From positions 84,258,001 through 84,322,000 of the forward strand of contig CM097885.1 in assembly GCA_044892525.1 (NCBI GenBank): DNA of 64,000 nucleotides, read 5' to 3'. The number at the start of each line of letters is the position of its first letter. Position 1 is the stretch's first letter. The notes under the pieces were generated by a model. It saw only the letters and a program-made list of their open reading frames with translations, was not told the origin of the DNA and ran no database searches. This DNA comes from Schmidtea polychroa. Its lineage: Eukaryota. Positions 1-16,101 of this stretch are shown here, one piece after another. A program made the position numbers and the translations under genes.

Positions 1-830
1 GGTCCTACATTGGCAACAGCGTCGGCTAAATCTGTTTCATTATCAGTTTTTATATTTACTGGTTTATAACATTTTGTAATAATTTTAGATTTATTATATA
101 AACATCTTCCTTTCTAAATTACCATAGATATGAGTTAATTCATCAATTCAACAAATATCAGACTTTTGCGGTATATGGATAACTTTCCTCAGATTCAATG
201 CCATAGGTTCTGATATAATTGAACGCAATATTCATCCATCCTCCTTGACAACCAAAATTTGCAGTATTACAATCAACCAATTGTTGTTCAGAGAAATTTC
301 CAAGCACTTTATATTTTCGAAAGTATTGTCCTTCCATAGCGCCAGTTGATGAAAATGCCCAACATGATCCACAATTACCCTAAATAGTAAAGAATTATCA
401 AATTCCTATTTTTACCGAATTACGTCACTTGGTCTTTCACATTTGTCACGTATCCTTTTTTTGTCCAATCAACTGTTTCCGGTAATTCTTTGATACTTAA
501 CGGTGGCTGGTATTCAACTTCCGGTTTTTGTTTGATGAAATTGGAAGACAAATACATTAATTTGAATTCGTCTTGTGTCATGTCTGCAAATTCATTTATT
601 CCGAGGGAAAAAGAAATTTGCCCCAAATCAAATTTTATGTTGTGTTCTTGAATATATTTCAGATTTTCCTCCCATATCAGTCTTCGTGATAAATCATTGA
701 GACCTTCGTATATCTTCCCAAATGTTGACTTGAATGACGCCCATTCTTTATTCAGGTCTTGATTTACAGTTATTCTCTTAGTAGAAACTAGTAGTAGTTT
801 TATAGCTATAATAAATATTAGTAATTTCAT
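1..830 (-). CDS. Cathepsin L-like papain-family (C1A) cysteine protease, 3' end outside the window. Exons 830-429, 379-164, 113-<1
   Basis: Signal peptide, I29 propeptide (ERFNIN-like [16 protein letters not shown]; GINEFAD), mature start LPETVDW. After a 49-nt GT-AG intron (428-380) the frame continues [10 protein letters not shown] (catalytic Cys), then SEQQLVDC and GCQGGWM. After a 50-nt intron (163-114) it reads KGRC...VANVGP. Confidence 0.95.
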
Positions 831-1545
831 TTTGACGAAAATGAAATTTCCGTTTGTAAATTACATTTTATTTATAATTTAAGGTCAAAGTTCATTTTAA
901 AATAATAATCAAATTGTGGTCGCATTCTATTAATAAAACTTGAATCGAAATATTTTTCACATCCGTACTTATCTTATCACTTATGGAAAGGTATAAATAA
1001 ATATTATTAATACTAATTTATTTAAACAAAACTTAAATATATTTAAAACAAATATTATATTGTTTATGTTATCTGATATCACAAGGTCCTTTAATTTAAT
1101 TCATATAAATTAATTTTTATTAAAATAATTTTGTCCAATCATATTTTGACGATTTTTAATGAATATTCTAAAAAGAAATCTGATTCGAACACAAATGCAC
1201 TACCGAGAAATGTTGTCATGTATATAATGTTAAATTATCCATGAAGACCCAAAGGCGGAAAATTAAAAGGAAATATGATTAATTTGATAAAAGGCTTCAA
1301 AGAAACCTTTGGAAATTAAAGACAAAATGAAGTTATCATAGAAGTTAAGATTTCTTTACTTTTCTATGACGAGAAGATTTCATTGATATTAGAAAGAAAT
1401 AAAACTTGGATGAGAAAATTAGACTTCGGAAGGTCAATATCGGTTATCACACATATACCATCTCCCCTTAAAAAGCTCCCGTGTAGCGATTTCGTGAAAT
1501 GAGTTTCCACGCGCTGGTCGAACATATTATCGCGTATTATTGGGT

Positions 1546-2170
1546 TGTACGACAATCCGCCAAACGACAATCCACCAAAGCGACAATCTGCCAAAAAGTC
1601 GATAAATTTTTGTTTTAACATACATACATTTTAAATTTATTATATTTTTAAAATTTTAATAATAAATTCTCCGCTGAAAGATAAGAATCAACTAGTAATT
1701 GTTTAATATAAAATTTTAATTAAATATTTAAACAATTTAACTGGCTGAGAGGTAAACAAGATTTTTTATCAAAATTTGTGATAATTTGACTGATTCAATG
1801 ATAAATTTGAATGAGTTAATTCGTTTTATTATATATACTCTGAGTTTATCCGACAAGATGTTTTGACCCACTATGGGTATTGCTCACAAGAGTACTACTC
1901 AGATTCAACATGTCGCAAAGGTACTGGTATTTGATTTTAATGCTTTTATTTGAATGATTATTTAGGCAAATTTGTTGTACAAGTACATGTGAATTAATTT
2001 TAATATGATGACCTACAAATATTTTTTTTATAAATGTTAGCGTTGGCCAATTTTTTAGTGTTGGTGGATTGTCGTGTTGGCAGATTGTCTGTTGGCGGAT
2101 TGTCATTTGGCGGATTGTCGTTTGGCAAATTGTCGTACTTGCTGGATTGTCGTGTTGGCGGATTGTCGGA
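1546..2170. mobile_element. Non-autonomous foldback/MITE-like element with modular inverted arms
   Basis: Three copies of about 15-bp GACAATC(C/T)GCCAA at 1550-1597 face about seven inverted copies TTGGC(G/A)GATTGTC at 2055-2167. The interior is non-coding. No TSD was verified. Confidence 0.6.
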
Positions 2171-3599
2171 ATACGTTATTATTGATGTAATTTCTGATTA
2201 TATTCAGATATATTTTTTGCTTTTTAGACTATAGTTATAAGCACTGAAATATCTTTCACCGGAAAAATGTAATTATTTATTTTTAAGAGTTAAATGCAAT
2301 TTCTGACTATCATCAAATGGGGTTTTTGGTTATTCTTAATATTGAAACCATATTTTGTCCAGACATCCTACATGAAAAAAATGTGTTCTTTGACGACAAA
2401 CAAGAACATTTACAAAAATCGAGGAAAAGATTTCTTTTCAATAGACTTTTTGCGTTGATTAAGGAACGTTTTTGGGAACATTGGGAACGCAACATAATTA
2501 GTCAAGACATTCTTCATGAAAAAGTTGTATCTTGATTCAACTAAATAAAATCTGGAATAAAACCATCTGTAGTGAGCAGTTAGACGGTTCCATTGTATTT
2601 TATAAAAATTTTATATGCAAAATAGAACGTTATTTTCCATTCACCGAAATTGGAAATTGTTCAGAATTATATGTTCGAAAACAACCAGATTACTATGAGC
2701 CAGTGATATTTTCCAATACTCTTCTACGGGTAATCTTTGCTATGCATATTCACCGCTGTGATTCAATAAGCATCAATGACTTTGAAAATGTATCCAACAA
2801 ATCGGTAAACAAGCATCCGTCAATTCTTCCGTCAATTGCCACCTACTTGACCGCGTTCGATCAAATAAACCTCGATGAAAATGTTTTCTTTTGTTTTTCA
2901 TTTCGTTGCCAGTCTCAAAGAGATAAACTATCAAACGATAAGCTGACATCGAACATCTCTCAATTTAACATCGATTATTTAGACTCTTTTTTTTTAAAAA
3001 TATTTTAATATAAAATAAAATATCATTTTTGACTTTATTATTTATAAACATTTTAATGTAAAATCGACCATCCTCCATTCTTTCGCGAGCGTGAAAAAGT
3101 GCTGCTATGGGTATCACTGATAAGAGTGCGATGCAGGCGATACAAATCATCGGGGCCCGAGATATAATCATATGTGGCATTTTTATATAATTAAATAATT
3201 TTAAAAATCTAAGTTTGCGATAATTTAAGCTTATATGTATCATGGAATTACATAAGTAATAAGTAGGATAACTAAAACAAATGTTTTTAAAAATATATAT
3301 CAGTTTGATTTTCCAAAAAGGGCCCGTACTGACGAATTATATCGGGGGCCCGGCCTGGCCCTCAACGGTCCTGTAATGGACCCCAGCACTCTTTAAAATT
3401 GGGTATCCAGTGGGACAGTGTAAATGGGAATGCAATAGCTGAGTCTTTGCGAGTTTGTTCAACGTTGAGTGGAAGCGGAGTGGTGGATTTTGAGGATTGT
3501 TTTTGTCGGATGGGGGAGAGTAGGAGGGAGATTAATTATATTATAGGAGAAAGGAAAGATAATGTGTTCCATTTGGCATTTATTGAGAGATTAACGAAA

Positions 3600-4036
3600 C
3601 GAGGATTTGAAGTATTGTTAAAGGTTGATCTAATTGATAAATATGTTGTGCAAATATTGAAAGAGTATGACGATAAGAAATTAGTATGGGTAACTAAAGA
3701 AGATGGTGAGATAGACCAGCAAAGGTTAATTGATTACAACAAGAATCTAATAGACACAGGAATATTATCTGATTATGATATACAAAACGATTCTGAACTC
3801 CATTTAGTTTTGTGATTTAGACGTAGCAAGAAAATATTTATCAAAACTCCTACTAGTAAGACAATTACTCTAGACGTTAAATTGAGTGACACGATTGAAA
3901 AATTAAAAAAAATAATTCCTGTAGATAATCAAAAGTTAGTCTACGCGGGAAAGAAATTGAAAAATAAAAGAATATTGACCGATTATAACATCAAAGTAAG
4001 ATCAGCAGTTCACTTGTTGCTCAGGCTGTGCGGTGG
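3600..4036 (+). pseudogene. Tandem ubiquitin-like domains (two units, one in-frame TGA at 3813-3815) fused to a Pao Gag
   Basis: Unit 1 ends DQQRLIDYNKNLIDTGILSDYDIQNDSELHLVL*. Unit 2 is [24 protein letters not shown]...[36 protein letters not shown]. Both align to ubiquitin and share one reading frame (66 nt between the TGA and ORF 3882). Confidence 0.85.
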
Positions 4037-4857
4037 AAACAAAGACGAGATTTTAGAAGAGGGATTATCGAAAAAGAAAATGCAAAAAGGAAAATTAACG
4101 AGATTGAGAAACAAGATTCTCAACGATATAAATGGGAAGAATGTCAGCGAATGGTTGGACGAATATGAAAATCAAAAGGAGAGTCTAGAGGAAGAAATGA
4201 GGCATCTGAGAAGTATCAGTAAAAAATTGCAAAGATTGGACATCATTGCTGTATTCGATAAAGATGTGTAATTGATCGAAGAAAAGCATCAAATGATTGG
4301 TGGCAAAAAAGGCAAATCAATCTTTTAAAGAATGAGAATGATGAAACAATCAAGAAAATAATGCAGTGCCTAAAAGAAGACTGGAAAGCCTACAAAAGAT
4401 TACAATACCTGTCTTTGAAGGTAAAATGAAAGAGTACGGACCATGTGAAGAAGCTTTTACTGTGTGTGTAGACGAAGTAAAATGGAGAAAATATAAAAAA
4501 GATATTTCACCTGCACAAGTACTTTTACGTAGATCCATTAAAATTAATAGAAAACTTAGAATATTCGGCAGAGACCTATCAAATGGCTAAAGAGAACCAG
4601 AATAGACTATATGGTAGGGATGAAAGAATATATATCTATCAATGTTAGAGAAGATGGACAAGTTCAGGCCAATTCGAGAAGGAGACATGAAGGATTTAGA
4701 TTTGTTTGTTGGACTATTAGAAACAGTCACTGTTCGCTTTAAATTCACTGGAAAAGAATCCGAGTTGAAGACTGGATGTCCTTTTCAAATATTTTTGGGA
4801 AGATTAACCACAAATATGTTTTACAAATGGAAGAAAGCCAAATGGAAAAGGTCTTGA
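4037..4857 (+). mobile_element. Degenerate BEL/Pao retrotransposon gag (DUF1759-type)
   Basis: [12 protein letters not shown], then LQKITIPVFEGKMKEYGPCEEAFTVCVDE, and after a frameshift FHLHKYFYVDPLKLIENLEYSAETYQMAKENQNRLYG...DKFRPIREGDMKDLD. These match Pao Gag motifs and are paralogous to the Gag piece at 52236-52418. Stops and frameshifts are present. Confidence 0.75.
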
Positions 4858-6189
4858 CTCTAGATAGCGTTAAGGTTAGTTTCACGAATTCTAACCATTT
4901 TCGCGGTGTTCCGTTGTCGTCTGTGAAATAGTTGGGGATATTTGTTTTTGGATTGATTATTGAATTAATGGTATTTGTGTTTTCTGTGCTGCTGTTTGGG
5001 TTGAAATAATAGTTGGTGCTTTACGATTTCTGAGTATTTTCGTAGTTGTTGGGTATTTGTAGAATATTTGTTGGGTTTATTTGGTTTGATGCCATTATTT
5101 TGTTTGTTGATGTTTCTTTTATTGATTGCTGTGCTAAAGAAAATTGAGTTTGTTCAAGGATATGGCTTACTGTGTTCAGTAAAAGAGTCACTATCCTTTA
5201 TACTTTACTTTTGTGTTTTACTTTACAGTGTGCTTTACTTCTGACACCAATTATATTATGTTGTCTTATTGTTATCAGTTATTTATTATTTATCGTGTTC
5301 TTGTTGTGATCTTATTATTATTAATTAATCATTAGTTCTTAGTAGGTTGTTCAAGGTTATAGGATATATTAATTTTATGAATTGTTTCCCGGCTATTTTG
5401 TAACTTTTTATGTGAAGAGAATGCGTAGAGCCCGGCAGAGTCTCTAGTAAAAATATGTGGTGGGACAGTCGGGGTACTTGTATATATTGCTTTATACAAC
5501 CTGAGTGGAAAAAATACTAAAATAATAACAAAATAATAACGAAATGTAACTAACGAATAATGTTTTAATAAAAATCAAAAAGAAAAAAAAATAATTAAGT
5601 ATTTTCGGTAATACTTTCGTATAGTTCGTCTAGAATACTTTCTTTTCCTCAGCTCGATAATTCGGGGTCGAATTCTTCGTTTAAATATACAGAAGATAGA
5701 CACGAAAAAAATATATTTGATTTTGATATCTTTTTCATTATAATAATATTTATTTTTACTTTCTTTGTCTTGAATGTTCTTTTACAATCACTTGTGATCT
5801 TTAGCTTAATATCTTGAATGATCTTTGCCAATGATTTGTAATCTTTGGTTTAATCTGTAGACTTTAATAGACTTTAATTTTTCTAATTTCTTTTTCTTGA
5901 TTGATTTTTTTCGTATTTTATATTTTTCGATTTTGTGAATTCTCTATAGTAAATTATTACTATGGAGAATTAATATATAGGTCTTTTAATTATATCGCGG
6001 GGTCCATGACTCGAATTAAGTTAGATCGAGTATTTTGTATTTGTATTAAAAAATATATATATATTAACCATTAACTTTATTTTACAAATACAAATTACAA
6101 ATATTTAAAAGGGTATGCATTACAAGCATATAATAATTTAGAGTGCAAGGGTAGAAAGCCGAGCCGAGTAACGAATTTAAAGCGATATC

Positions 6190-7727
6190 TACAACGTTAT
6201 CATCCAAATGTTTTCAAAACTGACGTGTGAACGTAAAGTTGAACGTACACCAAGTTCTTCATGCAAAGCATCTGTAACCAAATTTTTTAAGTCTGAATAT
6301 GTTACTGTGGCTATGACTGCAGGAAAAAAACTGCATCATCAAAATGGTGGTTTCAAATTCTTTACCGTTAGTATTTTTCTCTTCTCCTGCTTTTGTCTCT
6401 TTAAATGGCGAAATGGCTCGCAAATTTGGCATTTTTTTAGAAAGAAGTAATATTAGAAATTTTGTACTACAAGTGGCAAAACAGCAGAAGAATATGCTCA
6501 CGAATTTTTTAGGTGACCGGTTTCTTTTATGAAGATGGACGGATGTACCCATAACAGTGTTAATTATTTTGCAATTAACGTCCAGTTCCTCGATGACAAA
6601 AAAAGTTGTTACACGAACTTTGGCGGTATGGGATACTGAAGCGCGTCATACAAGCACCTATTTGCAAAAACTAGTTATGAATGTTCTTACAGAATTTTGT
6701 ATTAATAAGGAACAAATATTATGCATTGTGACCGATAATGCCACCAATATGCTCAGCACTGTAAAGAAGCTTAATGAAAATGTAGCAGCACTTAATTTAG
6801 ATGGATTTGTGGATGATGCTTTAGATATTTCCCAGATACATCACATGCGCTGCGCTTTGCATACATTGCAACTGACAATTCGTTAAGAATGGTGTAATCT
6901 TATTTTCCGTTTTTCTAATTCTAATTGTAAAATAGCTGATGGAATCAAAAATTCAATGATACGCAGAGAAAGTATCCTCCTAGACAATGACATATTACTA
7001 GCGGGTATCTACGTTGATCCTATGGTCCGAGTGTTACTTACCAGAGAACGTCAAATTAGAGCTAAAGATGCTTTGTATGAATTAGCCATTGGAATCAAAG
7101 GTATAGGTTTGCAAGATGAACAACTTATTGATATATTTTCATCTTCATCAAATCTAATTCCTGGGGCCGTTGTAGAAAATGATTTTGAAAAATATTTAGA
7201 TGATCAAGTGCAGTCCAAGTGTCGTTGTTTAGGGTTAGATAGAAGCGGAGAAACTACAACATTCTTAGGTAAATTTAAAATAGACTTTTACCAAGCTTTA
7301 AAAGAGGTAGAGAAATTTGAACGTTATTCAAATTTAATTCAAGAAGCTGCTCTGACCGCGATGGCATTGCCGCCGACACAAGTCTCCACAGAACGGTTAT
7401 TTTCTACACTCAGAATCATCAGATCCGATTTGAGAGCATCAATGAAGCCAGATATTATTGAAGCTACTTTATTTCTAAGGACAAATAATGCAGATTAATT
7501 TTTTAATTTTGTTATTTATAAAGTTTTGTTTATTATTAAAAGATTTAATAAAAATAAATAAATATTGATTCATTTCTATTAATTATTGTCACCATGTTGA
7601 TAAATATATCCATATTCGTTTAGCTTTGGAGTCGGAGTTGAAGTCGGAGTCAGCGTTGTACTCTGAAAATTTCAACGTTGGAGTCGGAGTCGGAGTTGGT
7701 ACTTTTTTTTATGACTCCACACCCCTG
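6190..7727 (+). mobile_element. hAT transposon remnant with right terminus
   Basis: Fragments carry IVTDNATNM, CALH (CxxH) and the hATC dimerisation motif PPTQVSTERLFS...LFLRTN. The right end has GGAGTCGGAGT subterminal repeats and terminates GACTCCACACCCCTG at 7727. The left TIR was not found. Confidence 0.85.
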
Positions 7728-8213
7728 ACCAAAACTCAACATGGATATCAGCAAAAGATCAAGTAAATTTCTATACTATTTTAAATTGCGAAAAAGTTGT
7801 TCACCAATTTATCCAAACAATGAAGCCAACAAATTCATAATCGATCTTCAAAACCATATAAGAGAAGTTAATTTTGACTCAAATTTTTTTAGAATACAAT
7901 CGTAGAGTTAAAGTAATTGAAAAATTAATTGAACCTTTAAAATACAAAAATTTAATGAACTAAACTTGTGCTATTTCATTTTAATTTAGATTTTTTGCAC
8001 TTCCTCATTTAAATATCAATTTAAAGTCTCAAGCATTTAGTTTAAATTTTAGGTTTTTAAAAATCATAATCCCAAATATTTTTTGTAGAATTTATCGCAA
8101 CATATCTTAATCAAAAAGTTCCAAACTCTAAATATGAAACTATATTTCTCACCAATGTTTTAAAGAATTTTGTTTTAATATTACTTTATAAATTAATGAT
8201 TTATGCATAATTG

Positions 8214-11476
<3,263 letters not shown>

Positions 11477-12549
11477 AACAATAAAATTGCTAACTTGACT
11501 TTGACTATAATTAATTTTGTTGATTTTTTGATATTTTTCTTCAATCTTTCTGAAGTAATTTTCTTTTTTCATTTCTTTATTATTTTTATCCTTAATTGAT
11601 TTTTATATAAATATTTTAGAGTCTTAAAAAAAACTTGAAGCGCGATTGTTAATAAAAATTTTTGCGATTATTGAATTTTATTTTTAATCGATTTTCTAGT
11701 GCAATTATTGATTTTAAAATGTAATGGTTTTATTGCGCTATAGTGCGAGGGTTCGGCTCAGGACAATTCGTAGTAGAAATTTCTAATACATGAAAACAAT
11801 AAAATAAATCAAACCTATACTATTATAAATATTATGCTTTAAGTTTAGATTTAATAATTATAATTTATACCATTACTAAATTAGAATAAGTCAGTCTTAA
11901 TTATTTGTTATTTTTATAAATTTTGCCATTTTTTATCGATTTGAACGCAATTCAATTACAAGAGAAATAAATTTAAAAAATTAAAATTTATTATATTTTA
12001 ATATTCAATTAATTTATAAAAAATCAATAGAACGATAATTTTTCCAATATTTATGTTGTCTTTGAAATTAATTGTCCGCGACAAATTGCCTTAGAACCAC
12101 TTTTTAGTATCTTCAAAATTTTTCTGGCGAAAATTTTTAATTTTTAAAAAAAACTTTTCTGATCACGACTTGTTAAAATTTTCATTGGAATGTGGTCAAA
12201 AATACCAAAGAGCTCACAAGGTTTCGGAACCTTATAGCGCGGAGGTCTCTAAAGTTTTCAAGATATTTCTTTGTAAAACATATTAAAGTTTCACTAGAAG
12301 TACATTTTTGCTGAAGGAAACTTTCGTAACGTTTGAAAAGACAGTAAAAATCACGTTTTAAACTTAATCTAAATTTACAAATTTTTTTAATTCCCGCCGT
12401 GAGTTATCGAGCCTCAAGGTCAAATTTTCTGGCAGTATTTTTTATTTTTTATCTAAGCGAACTTTTTTATGGTTCCCTTTTTATCCATAGAAATATTTAA
12501 TAGAAAATTTGTAAATTAAACAATAAAATGCAATTTAACATAATCCTCA

Positions 12550-12722
12550 ACCACTGTCTTAGAAGAGTTTTAAAATATTTTTCCTATCTGAAAAAAGGCT
12601 TTGAATGGCTTATTAAAAATAAGTGGCATAGCAAAGGCTTAAATAAAATAAACCACTTTTTACTTTTATTAAATGTTTTTCAGATGAAAAAAGTATTTTA
12701 AAATTCTCCTAAGAGTGTGGCT
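12550..12722. mobile_element. Small palindromic MITE-like element
   Basis: About 45-bp imperfect inverted arms (AACCACTGTCTTAGAAGAGTTTTAAAATATTTTTCCTATCTGAAAA versus TTTTCAGATGAAAAAAGTATTTTAAAATTCTCCTAAGAGTGTGGCTT). Confidence 0.5.
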
Positions 12723-12849
12723 TATAACGCTAAAACAAGTTATAAAACAAAATATAAATAAACCAAATTATGTTTTTAAACAATCATACAAAATTCAACA
12801 ATTAAAAATTAAAAGAAAATTTAAAAAAAATTTTTTTCATTAAATTTAA

Positions 12850-13720
12850 TATTTGTCTACATTCCTACATAGCATCATATGGCATATTAATTTTCCATGC
12901 AACACTTCAAAAAAGGCAATATAAATACAACACGTCATTCTTTACATTCACACTACATTTCTTATTGTGTTCACAAATATTAATCAACCCTTTGAGTAAA
13001 CAGTGACAAAGAACTTGAGTACATAAATGGCGATAGTCCTATGTATGTGGCTTTGCATCCATAACATTTAAATCGATAAACAAGAAACGAACATGATTAA
13101 ATCGAGATTTGAAATCCACTAATAAACATTATTTGCAATTTTTAGTTATTTTTCAATTCTCTAAAACTACAGGGCTCTTTTGATACTTATTTGAGGGGAA
13201 CGTGTGACAGTTAATGTTATTGGTATGTTACGTGTTTCAGGGAGATTTATAGCCTGCTTGCTTACTGATAAATAACCACTATATTCTGGACCAAAACTTT
13301 CAAGTACAGTTTGTGATGTGTTTTTTGAATAGTTCTATATAGGATAGATTTATCCAAATTCTATTAGTATCCATTCCATCTATATTCTAGAACTAATCAT
13401 CCACGTGGTTCAGTACATAAATTCCTTTTGTTGAGTTATATTAAAAATTTGTTTGTAATTTATTATTATTTTTTTTTGTATATTTCATAATCATGGTGTA
13501 ATGTTGATGACAAAATAATAGTATAAATAAAAGAAATATAAATTTAGGATTATGATAAATTTATACTTGTTTCACATCTTTCTTGATTTGAAACAGTTTC
13601 GTTTCATCTATTTTCTTAATTGCGTTTTTGTTTCTTTCAATACATTAGATAATAATTTCTCCCGAAAACGTTCTTCTTGGATTGTATTTTAAAAATAATG
13701 GCTATTAGGTACTTTCATCT
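12850..13720 (-). mobile_element. Degenerate Penelope-like retroelement (RT + GIY-YIG)
   Basis: Minus-strand frames give NHVDD (RT YxDD-like), FKKTHHKLYL (resembling YRKPTHTGLYL) and LVYRFKCYGCKATYIG (GIY-YIG N-terminus), in the expected order. Many stops. Confidence 0.65.
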
Positions 13721-13865
13721 CTTTTTTATAGTTGGAGAATCAAGTGCATAACCGTTCAAATTAATTACAAACATTATACCTGTGTGAATCATTAACGTTT
13801 GTTGTCGTCGGCCTGTTGTTAGTAGTGACTACCCGATTGTAGCTTCGATCGCCCAGGAATAAAAC

Positions 13866-13950
13866 CATCAATACCGGGATCCGGGCTTTTTCTGGCACCG
13901 TAATCTCGGCGATGAGATTTCCACAATCCCGGTTCCCGGTACTGACATCA
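13866..13950. mobile_element. Tiny hAT-type MITE
   Basis: Inverted termini CATCAATACCGGGATCCGGG and CCCGGTTCCCGGTACTGACATC. Confidence 0.45.
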
Positions 13951-14320
13951 AATTTTCATTATTCGCACCCAATTGCTCAGAATAACACTTTCTCAAGTCA
14001 AAACCATTCTAACGTTGCCTCTTAAACCTTTAATGTGTCTCCGCCAACTTCCAAGCGATGACTAAGCTTGGTTTTTGCCCCAATAGATGGCGCTCGAAAG
14101 CGCATAACATTTACAGCAGTTCAGAAGCTTGCAAAGACATATAAAGTGCCGACGACCCGACAACGAGGTAAGTCTGTTATTTTTTTTATATAGAGAACAG
14201 CAAATATTTGTGACAAAGTGATATATTGTAATAATTTAATCAATCAAAAACATATTTAGACTATATGTGTGGCAGTTAGGAGTTAAGAGCATATATTTCG
14301 ACTGAAAAGTTCTATCCTAT

Positions 14321-15908
14321 TGTTGGTTACTTAGGGGTGTGTCATTTTGAATTTTAAATAAGTTAGGGGTAATCATAGGTATTCACTCGACTCTTTCCTA
14401 ATCACCTCCATGACTATTGTACTTTAAACCATTTGTATACCCATGGCGACGACCATGTTGGTACTGTACACAAAGGCGAAAAAACAATGAGCAGGTGAGC
14501 TATATTGCTAAAACTAGTCCCCATTGTATTTTCTCTTCGGGTTCTAGACGGCCGATAGAAGGTCTTACGTCATCGATCATTTTCTATTTCTACTTTTTTA
14601 TCTCAGTCGGCTATGGTCCTCATTTCTAGATGTTTTCTATTGTTTCTTTTCAAAATTTTGTGCAGGGATGCGCCCTTATTTTTCTATTAATAAAGGTTGC
14701 TAGGTATTTTTCTTGATATTTATGAATATTTAACCTATCTCGCAAAAAAATTGAGCAGGGATTAGCCCTAATTTCCAAGTTAATCCAATCTTGCCATAAT
14801 ATCTAAATTGTCCTTCAAAAAATTTGAGCAGGGATCTGCCTGTATTCTTAGTCCTAACCTATTTCCGACTAGAAAATACTTACGGAGACGGACCAGGGGA
14901 GAAGCCTCCTCGTTATGGTCCGATCAATCCGTGTGAATCTGAAAAGCCAAATGACCTACTCGCAATAGGAACAACTAGTGTCATTTAATGCTGTGGCCTA
15001 CTGGATTCCAGTTCCACTATAACTATTATTCAAAATTTATTAACGCAAAAGTTGAACCGAATAAAAATTATTATTTAAAACTTAAAGCTAAATGAAATTA
15101 AACAATTAAAAAGGACAACAAAAAAAAATTTAACTAAAAAATTAATTGCATGTAAGATTTATTAAAATAAATCATTTCGTAAAAATTACAATAAAAATAA
15201 AAAATAAATTACCAAATCCACGCTGGCATAAAATCGAAAACTGAGAGCTTTACTGTCTGCAAATTAAGTTGTGATGTTGAAAAAAAGTTTTTTTTCAAAT
15301 GAATTTGTAATCAGTATTTATACTGATTTTGAATGCGCATTCATGCATTCTCTGCCACTCTATCCAATCAGAGTGCGAGAAATTTTGAATTAATTTTGCA
15401 CACATGCATGAATGTGTGCAATTATTTATTTATTTTCATTTTATAAATTTAATTAATTAATTATTTATTAATTTTAATAATGTAATTTTATAAATTTTAT
15501 AATTTAAATAATTCGAGTTATTTAATTTTTATTAATTTAAACACTTTTATTCTTAAATTTAATAAGTTACATAAATCTAACCATTTAATTCTATAAACTT
15601 TACAATTTACCTAATGCTAACTAATTTTATTATTTTGACGATTTAATTTTTATATCGTTCAAATAATTTTCAAATAATTCTATTTTACATTTTATTATTT
15701 TTCTATCGAAAATTTTTTAAGTGTTGAATTTTTCTGTTAAATTTATTTATCTCTTTATTCTACTATACGGGGTTTATTGATTCTTAATGTGTGATGTGAC
15801 TTATTTTATATTAAACCTTGATCATAAATTTTTTCAACTTTGCGGTTTTTGTGTTAGGTATTTTCGATCGATTAAAACAAACTCTCAGTTCTCGGTTTCA
15901 GCCCAACA
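14321..15908 (-). mobile_element. Copy of the unclassified TGTTGG/CCAACA element family (solo-LTR-like)
   Basis: Begins TGTTGG at 14321 and ends GCCCAACA at 15908, with an exact CTAT duplication at 14317-14320 and 15909-15912. Segments 14890-14990 and 14440-14575 are reverse-complement homologues of 59720-59830 and 62305-62440. Confidence 0.8.
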
Positions 15909-16101
15909 CTATCGAGTGTCCAAAATATTAGACAATGCACCAAGGGAGTAATCAAAATGCATGTATGCATCTTATTTTTAAGTGCTAAAAGGTATAACAA
16001 TTAAAAAACACCTTAGGAATTCAAATTATTTGACAATCAATTACGTTAATAATAAGGGTATCTGAAATTTGAAAATCTAAACCTGCAAAAACGTAGGCCT
16101 A

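Noticed and set aside
2317-3008. ORF pair 2317-2535 and 2532-3008 as a gene
   Set aside because: No recognisable domain. There is only a faint Pao integrase-tail resemblance (FWEHW) and a short internal duplication (DILHEK), which is insufficient support.
3813-3815. Programmed readthrough or selenocysteine at the in-frame TGA between ubiquitin units
   Set aside because: The downstream Gag has further stops and frameshifts, so simple decay (Arg codon to TGA) is the more economical explanation. No SECIS was recognised.
5423-5448. Helitron 3' terminus (GC-rich motif + CTAG)
   Set aside because: The shape is suggestive but the hairpin is weak and no 5' end could be paired with it.
12850-13050. 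piggyBac cysteine-rich tail
   Set aside because: A better-fitting frame gives a GIY-YIG start (VYRFKC..C.ATYIG) with upstream RT motifs, so it was called Penelope-like.
14651-14842. CRISPR array
   Set aside because: Only three degenerate repeats with unequal spacers, no cas genes, an eukaryotic context and location inside a transposable element.
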